Shown in pieces: positions 17,647 to 25,881 of a DNA stretch of 64,000 bases; position 1 is the first letter of the stretch, and every line of letters starts with the position of its first letter. The notes below the pieces were generated by a model that did not search any database, was not told the DNA's origin, and worked only from the letters and a program-made list of their open reading frames with translations. Origin of the DNA: Candidatus Choladousia sp. (GTDB lineage: Bacteria > Bacillota > Clostridia > Lachnospirales > Lachnospiraceae); contig JBGVDJ010000022.1 in the NCBI GenBank assembly GCA_045119335.1, positions 30,547 through 94,546 on the forward strand, written 5' to 3'. The translations under genes and the position numbers were made by a program.

Positions 17647-17678
17647 AAAGAGGTGCGACAATTTGTTGCACCTCTTTT
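17647..17678 (+). terminator. Intrinsic terminator downstream of the CapA-domain gene
   Basis: AAGAGGTGCGAC-AATTT-GTTGCACCTCTTTT. Confidence 0.75.
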
Positions 17679-17721
17679 CCTATACGAAAATTGGATAAAG
17701 TGTTTTCAGACAGCAAAAAAA

Positions 17722-17761
17722 GTGTCATTTCAGTGAATAAATAAAATGACACAAATTGTGT
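17722..17761. promoter_or_regulatory. Two overlapping inverted repeats (operator-like) upstream of the Y1-like gene
   Basis: GTGTCATTT (17722-17730)/AAATGACAC (17744-17752) and ACACAA-A-TTGTGT (17749-17761), just upstream of TTGAAA...TATGAT-like promoter elements. Confidence 0.5.
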
Positions 17762-17848
17762 TAAAATGTTGAAAAGTGTATATAAATATGATAGGATTTA
17801 TCTGTGGGGAATAAAGACCGCGAAGGTCAATAACGGGGGGAGAATCTA

Positions 17849-18403
17849 ATGTCAAATCAAAATGGGGTTATGAAAGTCTATTATCATGTCATGTGCGGCG
17901 ACCGCTGCCTGTTTGCAGACGAAAGAATTAAATGGCATTTACTGGATGCGGTTGCTGCTGTCTGGAAAAAGCAAAATTGGAAAATTTACGCGTTCTGTCT
18001 GATGGATGACCGGGCATATTTTATTACAGAGACGGGAAATGCAGCAGAAACGGAACAGGAACTCCTGCGTGCGGCTGAGCGTACACTGGAATATTTGTGC
18101 TGCAGTATCTGGGGCCGACCAAACAAGGGGAGCATGCTTTTGAATATCTTTTCAGAAGAATTAAATTCTCTGGATGAGATAACCGGCCGCTGCGTACAGA
18201 TTCACCGCCGGCCACTGCGTCAGGGGTATGTGCGTCGGCTGAGTGATTACTGGTGGAGCAGCTACAATACTTATATCGGATCCTATAATTGGCAGATGAT
18301 TGATTGCGAGGCTGTCCTGATGTATTTTTCATCAGATCAGGAGGACGCTGTTCGCATGTTTCGGCGGTGTCATCGCACATACGTTGAGGATGATCTGTCA
18401 TAA
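17849..18403 (+). CDS. Y1/RAYT (IS200-like HUH) transposase homolog with catalytic residues substituted
   Basis: YYHVM, LFAD, KIYAFCLMDDRAYF (family: IYAYCLMxNHxHL), CVQIHRRPLRQGYV..LSDYWWSSY (family: xRYIHxNPVxAG..DYxWSSY); intact ORF, GGGGGAG RBS. Confidence 0.75.
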   Translation: MSNQNGVMKVYYHVMCGDRCLFADERIKWHLLDAVAAVWKKQNWKIYAFCLMDDRAYFITETGNAAETEQELLRAAERTLEYLCCSIWGRPNKGSMLLNIFSEELNSLDEITGRCVQIHRRPLRQGYVRRLSDYWWSSYNTYIGSYNWQMIDCEAVLMYFSSDQEDAVRMFRRCHRTYVEDDLS

Positions 18404-18655
18404 AGGATAACGCTCATTGTTTAAAAATATGATGCAAAATTGATCTTTTTCTTAAATAAATCGAAACTTTATGACATAGAAAAAGAAAAGTGTTAGAATG
18501 ACAGAACACGGGGAGATTGTTATATAACCTCTGGCAAGATTGCAAAGGAGTGCTGAGAAAGTTTTTTATGTTCTATATGATGTGCACCTCGAAGCAGAAA
18601 TGCCGGAGCATTCTGAAAGTCAACGAAAACGGACAGGATGAAAGGGGAGAATTCA

Positions 18656-19225
18656 ATGAGACGTAAAAGATTGACAGTTATGGCGATTGCAGCAGCGGGA
18701 ATGCTGCTTCTGACAGCCTGTGGTTCCACGGAGCAGACCGCAGTGAACGGATCTGCTGAAAGTGCAGACAGTTCCCAGACTCCGGTCGGTACGGCAGATG
18801 GAGATACAGCTGATTCAGCAAAGGAAGATGCAGCAGGAAACAGCACAGCCGACTCAGCAAAAGAAAATGCAGCAGAAGGCAGCACAGCAAACTCAGCAAA
18901 AGAAAATGCAGTACGAAACAGTGCTGACAGTTCTTCAAAAGTTGAGCTTGGTGATGATATCTGGACAGGGACCTATGCGGGAGACGAGGAGAGTGTTACG
19001 ATCAGTCTGAAGGATGACGGAACGATTTCGTTCAGCTTTGCGCAGTCCGGTATTTCCGGTACAGCAGAAGTGGATGGCAACCAGGCAGTGTACAATGGCG
19101 ATGATAATCATGTGATTACATTCGATATGAACGGGGGTATCCTGAACGTTTCTGTCACAAGTACGGAGGATTATGATACATCAGCTTCACCGCTGATTGG
19201 ATCTTATGTACCATCGTACCAGTAA
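18656..19225 (+). CDS. Lipoprotein with 13-aa internal repeats
   Basis: MRRKR + hydrophobic stretch + LTAC lipobox; (T)ADSAKE(D/N)AA repeats; small beta-rich C-terminal domain. Confidence 0.8.
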   Translation: MRRKRLTVMAIAAAGMLLLTACGSTEQTAVNGSAESADSSQTPVGTADGDTADSAKEDAAGNSTADSAKENAAEGSTANSAKENAVRNSADSSSKVELGDDIWTGTYAGDEESVTISLKDDGTISFSFAQSGISGTAEVDGNQAVYNGDDNHVITFDMNGGILNVSVTSTEDYDTSASPLIGSYVPSYQ

Positions 19226-19465
19226 AAAGACAGCGAACAGACTGTATCTCAGAAAAAACAGGAGAGTATGAAAATACTGTTGCATGTAAAAATGAAAAGT
19301 GCTATGATTAGCGTCGTTCAGCGATAGCTTTCCCATTCCGCTGAATAACATACTGAAAATGACATGCCGGAAATGACATGCCGAATAAGAAAAATGGCTA
19401 TAAGTATCTCTGGGATTTGCTGTCGGTCGGGAAGCGGCAGTTCATTAAGATAGGGGAGAGACTGT

Positions 19466-20149
19466 ATGAAAATAGAAAAGGTAAAAAACTGGTTCAAGAA
19501 ATATCCGCTGATGATAGCTGTTCTGTACCTGATCTTTTATCTGAGCGTTTTTCACTGGCTTGAAGTGAATGTTGTTCCGAAATATATTATTCACTGTAAG
19601 TTAGACGAGCTGATACCGTTCAGGGAGGAATTTATTATACCGTATGTATTCTGGTATGTATATGTTGTGGGGGCATTTCTCTGGTTTAACAAAAGAGGAT
19701 GGGAAGATTATTCCAAGTTATGCCTGATGGTATTTTCGGGACTTACGATTTGTCTTGTTATTTACTATGTATTTCCGACAGGGTTGAATCTTCGTCTGGC
19801 GGCAGATGTGCATGAGACAGGTGCACTTTACAATGTTGTAGGATTGCTGCGGGCCATTGATACACCGACAAATGTCTGTCCGTCTATTCATGTCATGAAT
19901 ACTGTTATGATTTTCCAGGCGGTATGCAGTCTTGAAAATGTGAAACGCAGAAGGCTGACAATTGCGGTACATTTTGTCATTACTGTGTTGATCTGCGCGT
20001 CTACCGTATTTTTGGATCAGCATTCAGTTATTGATGTTGTGTGTGGTGTTATGATGAGTTTTGTCCTGCACGGCCTCGTGTATAAGGTGGAGTGGAAAGA
20101 GGAGCTGGCACGCAGAAATGCTGCAGCCAAGGTCAGAAGGCTTTCCTGA
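19466..20149 (+). CDS. PAP2-family integral membrane phosphatase/phosphotransferase
   Basis: Multiple TM helices, DTPTNVCPSIHV, STVFLDQHSVIDV. Confidence 0.8.
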   Translation: MKIEKVKNWFKKYPLMIAVLYLIFYLSVFHWLEVNVVPKYIIHCKLDELIPFREEFIIPYVFWYVYVVGAFLWFNKRGWEDYSKLCLMVFSGLTICLVIYYVFPTGLNLRLAADVHETGALYNVVGLLRAIDTPTNVCPSIHVMNTVMIFQAVCSLENVKRRRLTIAVHFVITVLICASTVFLDQHSVIDVVCGVMMSFVLHGLVYKVEWKEELARRNAAAKVRRLS

Positions 20150-20366
20150 GAGCAGGAGAAAAGAGGCTGCTCCGAAATTGCTGCTCAAAATCAGATGGCA
20201 ATAATGACTGAAATAAAAAAATAACAAAATACAGAGCGAAAGCAGGGTTTGTATCCTGCAGGATACACTAAAGTACAAAAATGTAAAAAAATAAAAAAAC
20301 TGCTTGACTTATTATTGGTTTAGTATTATACTATCGAAGTGAGCTGAGGTACGGCTCACAAGATAT

Positions 20367-20439
20367 GGGGTCTTAGCTCAGCTGGGAGAGCATCTGCCTT
20401 ACAAGCAGAGGGTCATAGGTTCGAGCCCTATAGGCCCCA
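20367..20439 (+). tRNA. tRNA-Val (TAC)
   Basis: GGGGTCT/AGGCCCC acceptor, CTGCC-TTACAA-GCAG anticodon arm, GGTTCGAGCC; promoter TTGACT...TATACT upstream. Confidence 0.96.
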
Positions 20440-20455
20440 TGATAAAATTGAATAT

Positions 20456-20529
20456 GGCGGAATAGCTCAGTTGGCTAGAGCATACGGTTCATACCCGTAG
20501 TGTCGAGAGTTCGAATCTCCCTTCCGCTA
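20456..20529 (+). tRNA. tRNA-Met (CAT), elongator type
   Basis: GGCGGAA/TTCCGCT acceptor, TACGG-TTCATAC-CCGTA arm like the Bacillus elongator tRNA-Met. Confidence 0.92.
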
Positions 20530-20538
20530 CTACAGACC

Positions 20539-20565
20539 GGGAATCCTGATTAGGATTCCTTTTTT
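20539..20565 (+). terminator. Terminator of tRNA-Val/Met transcript
   Basis: GGAATCCT-GATT-AGGATTCC-TTTTTT. Confidence 0.85.
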
Positions 20566-20884
20566 ATGCTGTGAAAAACGTTGTTGACTCAAAACGTGCA
20601 AGTCTTTCTCTGATACAAAATAGTCAGCCAAGGTGAATGCATGTGTGATACGGAGGCTGTTCCGGGTGATCGAATACATCCGTGGAAAATATGCATAGTT
20701 CCAGGAAAGAAGATGCAGGTATATTTCTGAAAAGAAGGTGCAGGTATATTACCGAAAAGAAGATGCTGCATATTTCAAGTTTATTTCCTGGAAATGTGAG
20801 GACTTGATTTTCTTTGAATAATACGGCAAAATAGGAACAGATATGCCGGTGCATTTTGGAATACCGGGTAAGGAGGCTGACGAT

Positions 20885-21442
20885 ATGAGAGTAGGAATGG
20901 GCTATGATGTACACAGGCTGACAGAGGGCAGAAAGCTGATCCTCGGCGGAGTTGAAATCCCGTATGAAAAGGGACTTCTCGGTCATTCTGATGCAGATGT
21001 GCTTTTGCATGCAATCATGGATGCGCTGCTGGGAGCGGCTGCTTTGGGCGATATCGGAAAACATTTTCCGGATACGGATGAACAATATAAAGGTATTTCC
21101 AGCATTAAGCTTCTAAAGCATGTGGGAGAACTGTTGGAGGAACATTGTTTTGTGATTGAGAATATTGACGCGACAATCGTTGCACAGCGTCCGAAACTGC
21201 TTCCGTATATGACGCAGATGAAACAGAACATTGCGGATGCACTGGGCTTGGAGCCGGACAGAGTTAATGTGAAGGCGACAACAGAGGAAGGACTGGGATT
21301 TACAGGAACGGGCGAAGGTATTTCCTCTCAGGCAATCTGTCTGTTGCAGCCGTTGGCGGATGTGATCGCAGATGATCGTATGACTGCACAGGCGGCAGGC
21401 TGCCAAAGCTGTGCAGGGTGCAGAGCGCAGCAGGAAGAATAA
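20885..21442 (+). CDS. ispF: 2-C-methyl-D-erythritol 2,4-cyclodiphosphate synthase with Cys-rich C-terminal tail
   Basis: [34 protein letters not shown]; start at ATG 20885 after AAGGAGG. Confidence 0.96.
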   Translation: MRVGMGYDVHRLTEGRKLILGGVEIPYEKGLLGHSDADVLLHAIMDALLGAAALGDIGKHFPDTDEQYKGISSIKLLKHVGELLEEHCFVIENIDATIVAQRPKLLPYMTQMKQNIADALGLEPDRVNVKATTEEGLGFTGTGEGISSQAICLLQPLADVIADDRMTAQAAGCQSCAGCRAQQEE

Positions 21443-21637
21443 AACTGTTCTGACAGAGAAAAGGCAGCGGAAAAGCGTCTGACAGGGAAAATAAACAGGG
21501 ATCTGACGGAATACGGAGCATAGCAATGAAAGACAGAACCTGACGAGACGCAGAGTATAGCAATGAAAAGGAGAACATGGCGGAATACAGTGCTGCAGAC
21601 ATTTTGCTGATTGAGAGCCGGAAAAGAGGATTCTAAG

Positions 21638-22516
21638 ATGCAGATCAGAAAGCTGAAGCGTTCGGAGCATAACCTGACGCGCTTTTTATATGAAGAAGTG
21701 TTTTCAGAAGATGACAGTGCATTTGTCGATTACTATTATAAATGGAAAACAAAAGATAATGAAATTTATGTGGCCGAGGATGCGGATGGGATTCATGCAA
21801 TGCTGCACCTGAATCCTTTTTCGGTGGTCTGGCGAGGTGAAGTACAGCGGATGCATTATATTGTGGCCGTGGCTACGCAGGAACAGTACCGCCATCGCGG
21901 ATTGATGCGGAGCCTGCTGGAACGGGCAGAGCAGGATATGAGGACGGCGGGGGAGAAATTTACGTTTCTGATGCCGGCCTCGGAGAAGATCTATGCACCA
22001 TTCGGCTATCGTTTCTTCGGATGGCAGAGACGCGGCATACTGAATGCTGACAGAGAGAAAAATGCGAACGGCATTCAGTGTCGGCCGGTGCTGCCACAGG
22101 AGTATGATGCTCTTGCCAGGTTTGTAAATGAAACGCTTGGCCGGCAGGCAGAGTTTTATGTGCATCGCGACACGGCTTACTATGAGAGACTGTGTGCTGA
22201 ACAGCAGTGCCAGAATGGTGATGTAATGGTTCTCGCTGCAAAAGACGGTCGGATCCTGGGCACATTCTGCACTGCTGTGGACGGAGGACTGATGCTTCGG
22301 GAGATCATTCTGGATACAGATTGTTTTGAGGCGGCGCAGAAAGTGCTGCAAAACTGGATTTGGCCTGAGGTTTCCTGTAAAGTGGAGGGATGTCAGACCC
22401 GGCTGATCCTGCAGCATGAAGCATATGTACCTCTTATGATGGGAAAGGTGCCGGGCGGTGAAGGGACGGAAGTATTACCGGAGTCAGAGCGTGTTTTCCT
22501 GAATGAAGTGGTATAG
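21638..22516 (+). CDS. GNAT-family acetyltransferase (Eis-like)
   Basis: YIVAVATQEQYRHRGLMRSLL acetyl-CoA motif, FTFLMPASEKIYAPFGY, FLNEVV C-terminus. Confidence 0.82.
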   Translation: MQIRKLKRSEHNLTRFLYEEVFSEDDSAFVDYYYKWKTKDNEIYVAEDADGIHAMLHLNPFSVVWRGEVQRMHYIVAVATQEQYRHRGLMRSLLERAEQDMRTAGEKFTFLMPASEKIYAPFGYRFFGWQRRGILNADREKNANGIQCRPVLPQEYDALARFVNETLGRQAEFYVHRDTAYYERLCAEQQCQNGDVMVLAAKDGRILGTFCTAVDGGLMLREIILDTDCFEAAQKVLQNWIWPEVSCKVEGCQTRLILQHEAYVPLMMGKVPGGEGTEVLPESERVFLNEVV

Positions 22517-22590
22517 GTGAGAAAAGAATTGACAAAGACTGCGAATTTGCATAGACTTAAGTGAGCAGAAGCAACTGTGAAAAACTGTGA

Positions 22591-22826
22591 GCCGAACGAG
22601 CAGGGAAGTCGAACGAGCAGGGAAGCCGAACGAGCAGGGAAGCCGAACGAGCAGGGAAGCCGAACGAGCAGGGAAGTCGAACGAGCAGGGAAGCCGAACG
22701 AGCAGGGAAGCCGAACGAGCAGGGAAACCGAACGAGCAGGGAAGCCGAACGTGCAGGAAGCCGAACGTGCAGGAAGCCGGAAGGGCAGGAAAGCCGAACG
22801 TGCAGGGAAGCCGAAAGGACAGGAAA
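22591..22826 (+). repeat. 17-bp VNTR-like tandem array (about 14 units, decaying at the 3' end) upstream of cysS
   Basis: GCCGAACGAGCAGGGAA at 22591, 22608, 22625, 22642, 22659, 22676, 22693, 22710, 22727, then 16-17 bp variants. Confidence 0.95.
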
Positions 22827-22950
22827 TACCGGAAATGCCGGAAGCATTGGAACAGTCGGAGGTATCGGAGCGGCCGGAAATAATGAGAGTGCTGCAATTC
22901 CCTGTTCCGTCAACAGCAGTTTACCGCAATAAAAAGAAAGAGGAGTCAAT

Positions 22951-24357
22951 ATGAGAGTATATAATACCCAGACAAAATGCAAAGAGGAATTTGTACCGCT
23001 GGTGCCGGGCAAGGTCAGCATGTATGTATGCGGTCCGACTGTGTACAATTTTATTCATATTGGAAATGCACGCCCGATGATCGTTTTTGATACAGTGAGA
23101 CGATATATGGAGCATAAGGGATATGAGGTGAATTTTGTATCCAACTTCACAGATGTGGACGACAAGATCATCAAGAAAGCAATCGAGGAGGGCGTATCCG
23201 CTCAGGAGATTTCCGAGCGATACATTGCAGAATGCAAGAAAGATATGGCAGGCATGAATGTCAAGCCGGCTACTACGCATCCGCTGGCAACGCAGGAAAT
23301 CGACGGTATGATCGAGATGATCTCCACTCTGATCGAGAAGGGATATGCATATGATGTGAACGGAACCGTTTACTTCCGCACCAGAAGGTTTGAAGAGTAC
23401 GGCAAGCTGTCACATAAGAATCTGGACGATCTGCGCGGCGGTAACCGTTCTCTGCTCGTAACAGGTGAGGATCAGAAGGAAGATCCGCTTGACTTCGTAC
23501 TCTGGAAACCGAAGAAGGAAGGCGAACCGTTCTGGACATCACCGTGGAGTGACGGACGTCCGGGCTGGCATATTGAGTGCTCTGTCATGGCGAAGAAATA
23601 TCTCGGTGAGGAGATCGATATCCATGCCGGCGGAGAGGATCTGGTATTCCCGCATCATGAGAATGAGATCGCGCAGAGTGAATGCTGCAACGGGAAGGTA
23701 TTTGCAAAATACTGGCTGCACAATGCATTCCTGAACATCGATAACCGCAAGATGTCCAAGTCTCTCGGCAATTTCTTCACTGTTCGTGAGATTTCGGAGA
23801 AATACGACCTGCAGGTACTTCGTTTCTTCATGCTGAGCGCACATTACAGAAGCCCGCTGAACTTCAGTGCAGAGCTGATGGAGTCCTCCAAAAACGCACT
23901 GGAACGCATTAAAAATGCTGTTTCCAACCTGAAATATTTGTTGGACAGCGCAGCGGATGCTGCCCTGACAGATGCAGAGCAGGCGGAAATGGCGAATGTG
24001 CAGGCATTCGAGAAGAAGTTTGATGAAGCAATGGACGATGATTTCAATACGGCAGATGCAATTGCAGCTGTATTTGAGCTGGTCAAATATGCAAACAGCA
24101 ATGTGACTGCTGAAAATACGAAAGCGTTTATTACAGCGGTGCGTGATGAGATCATCAAGCTGTGCGATATCCTTGGCATTATTGCAGAGGAGAAAGAAGA
24201 ACTGCTGGATGAAGAGATTGAAAAGCTGATCGAGGAGCGTCAGGCGGCAAGAAAGGCAAAGAATTTTGCACGTGCCGATGAAATCAGAAATCAGCTGCTG
24301 GATATGGGAATTACACTGCTCGATACACGTGAGGGTGTAAAGTGGAAAAGAGCATAA
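22951..24357 (+). CDS. cysS: Cysteine--tRNA ligase
   Basis: YVCGPTVY, HIGNAR (HIGH), GRPGWHIEC, HGGGxDL-like HAGGEDLVFPHHENE, KMSKS. Confidence 0.98.
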   Translation: MRVYNTQTKCKEEFVPLVPGKVSMYVCGPTVYNFIHIGNARPMIVFDTVRRYMEHKGYEVNFVSNFTDVDDKIIKKAIEEGVSAQEISERYIAECKKDMAGMNVKPATTHPLATQEIDGMIEMISTLIEKGYAYDVNGTVYFRTRRFEEYGKLSHKNLDDLRGGNRSLLVTGEDQKEDPLDFVLWKPKKEGEPFWTSPWSDGRPGWHIECSVMAKKYLGEEIDIHAGGEDLVFPHHENEIAQSECCNGKVFAKYWLHNAFLNIDNRKMSKSLGNFFTVREISEKYDLQVLRFFMLSAHYRSPLNFSAELMESSKNALERIKNAVSNLKYLLDSAADAALTDAEQAEMANVQAFEKKFDEAMDDDFNTADAIAAVFELVKYANSNVTAENTKAFITAVRDEIIKLCDILGIIAEEKEELLDEEIEKLIEERQAARKAKNFARADEIRNQLLDMGITLLDTREGVKWKRA

Positions 24358-24358
24358 A

Positions 24359-24799
24359 ATGGAAAAAAGCATAATGTCATTTACGGAAAGCCTGGATACT
24401 GTATTCAGGCTTTCTGACAAGGATTGGAAACAATATTCGCCGCTGACCCTGGCCTATATCGGTGATGCGGCATATGAGCTCATTATCAGAACGATAGAAG
24501 TAAAGCAGGCAAATGTGCAGCCGCAGAAGCTGCATCATAAGGTGACTTCCCGTGTTAGCGCGAAGGCGCAGGCGAAGATGATCGAGGCGCTGCAGCCGGT
24601 TCTGACGGAGGAGGAAAAGGCCATTTACCGCCGGGGCAGAAATTCCAAGCCGTATACAAAGGCAAAGAATGCCAGCATGACGGAGTACCTGGAAGCTACC
24701 GGATTTGAGGCTTTAATGGGATATCTGTATCTCGCCGGAACATACGAACGGATGAATGAGCTGATCGCAAAGGGGCTCGAAGTATTGGAGACAGAGTGA
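24359..24799 (+). CDS. mrnC: Mini-ribonuclease III
   Basis: LAYIGDAAYEL, YRRGRN, ATGFEALMGYLYL; canonical cysS-mrnC-rlmB order. Confidence 0.93.
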   Translation: MEKSIMSFTESLDTVFRLSDKDWKQYSPLTLAYIGDAAYELIIRTIEVKQANVQPQKLHHKVTSRVSAKAQAKMIEALQPVLTEEEKAIYRRGRNSKPYTKAKNASMTEYLEATGFEALMGYLYLAGTYERMNELIAKGLEVLETE

Positions 24800-24826
24800 T
24801 AGAACTGGAGAAAATGAGGAAATCAC

Positions 24827-25738
24827 ATGGAAAGAAGAGATAAAATCAGCCGAAATGGTAAAAATGAAAACAGGGGTTCCGGACGTTCCGGAAGAATGTA
24901 TGCAGAACGGGAGCGCAGTGAACGCAAAGAACGCAGGACTCAGGTAAGAGAACGTTCCTTCAATACATTGACAGAGTATACGGAGGAGGTCGGTGAAGGA
25001 AGCCGTATCGTAGAGGGCAGAAATGCAGTGCTGGAAGCATTTCGTTCCGGAAAGACCATTGATCGTCTTCTGATTCAGGACGGATGTCAGGACGGACCGA
25101 TACAGACAATCCGCCGCGAAGCAAAGAAACATGATACAGTATTTGATTTTGTGAGCAAAGAACGTCTGGATCAGATTTCCGAGACAGGAAGACATCAGGG
25201 TGTCATTGCATATACTGCATCATACGAATATGCCGAAGTGGAGGATATCCTGAATGCAGCCAGAGAAAAAGGTGAGCCGCCGTTCATTTTCCTGCTGGAC
25301 AATATCGAGGATCCTCACAATCTCGGCGCGATCATCCGTACAGCAAATCTGGCCGGAGCGCATGGTGTGATCATTCCGAAGCGCCGTGCGGTCGGACTGA
25401 CTGCCACGGTAGCCAGAACTTCAGCCGGAGCGCTGAATTATACACCGGTAGCGCGTGTGACCAATATCGGTGCGACGATTGATGAACTGAAAAAAGAAGG
25501 AATCTGGTTCGTCTGTGCGGATATGGGAGCAGAACCGATGTACCGGATGAATCTGACAGGTCCGATCGGTCTTGTGATCGGAAATGAGGGGGACGGTGTC
25601 AGCCGTCTTGTGAAGGAAAAATGTGATTTTGTTGCATCTATTCCGATGAAAGGAAATATCGACTCGCTGAATGCGTCTGTGGCAGCAGGTGTGCTGGCAT
25701 ATGAAATTGTGAGACAGCGTGATTTCTCAGAAAAATAG
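24827..25738 (+). CDS. rlmB: 23S rRNA (G2251-2'-O)-methyltransferase, TrmH/SpoU family
   Basis: LDNIEDPHNLGAIIRTA, GNEGDG, IPMKGNIDSLNASVA. Confidence 0.93.
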   Translation: MERRDKISRNGKNENRGSGRSGRMYAERERSERKERRTQVRERSFNTLTEYTEEVGEGSRIVEGRNAVLEAFRSGKTIDRLLIQDGCQDGPIQTIRREAKKHDTVFDFVSKERLDQISETGRHQGVIAYTASYEYAEVEDILNAAREKGEPPFIFLLDNIEDPHNLGAIIRTANLAGAHGVIIPKRRAVGLTATVARTSAGALNYTPVARVTNIGATIDELKKEGIWFVCADMGAEPMYRMNLTGPIGLVIGNEGDGVSRLVKEKCDFVASIPMKGNIDSLNASVAAGVLAYEIVRQRDFSEK

Positions 25739-25881
25739 AAATCACTGACAGGAGTAGGCAGGTCTGCAGAGAAATGCAGGAGCTGTCAGAGAAAATGAAA
25801 GCACAGGCTGAATTCACCTGGAACAGATGCAGGGGCAGTTTGGACTGCTGCAGACAGAAATGAAGCGGACAGGAGACAGGC

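Noticed and set aside
17849-18403. Active IS200/IS605 element
   Set aside because: HUH histidines and catalytic Tyr are absent; no tnpB and no subterminal hairpin ends are recognisable.
20456-20529. Initiator tRNA-fMet or tRNA-Ile2 (lysidine)
   Set aside because: No C1:A72 mismatch or three consecutive G:C anticodon-stem pairs; the sequence follows the elongator Met pattern rather than Ile2.
22591-22826. CRISPR array
   Set aside because: Units are head-to-tail with no unique spacers, only 17 bp long, and no cas genes are present; it is a VNTR.
22517-22950. T-box riboswitch for cysS
   Set aside because: No T-box core, antiterminator or terminator found by eye.
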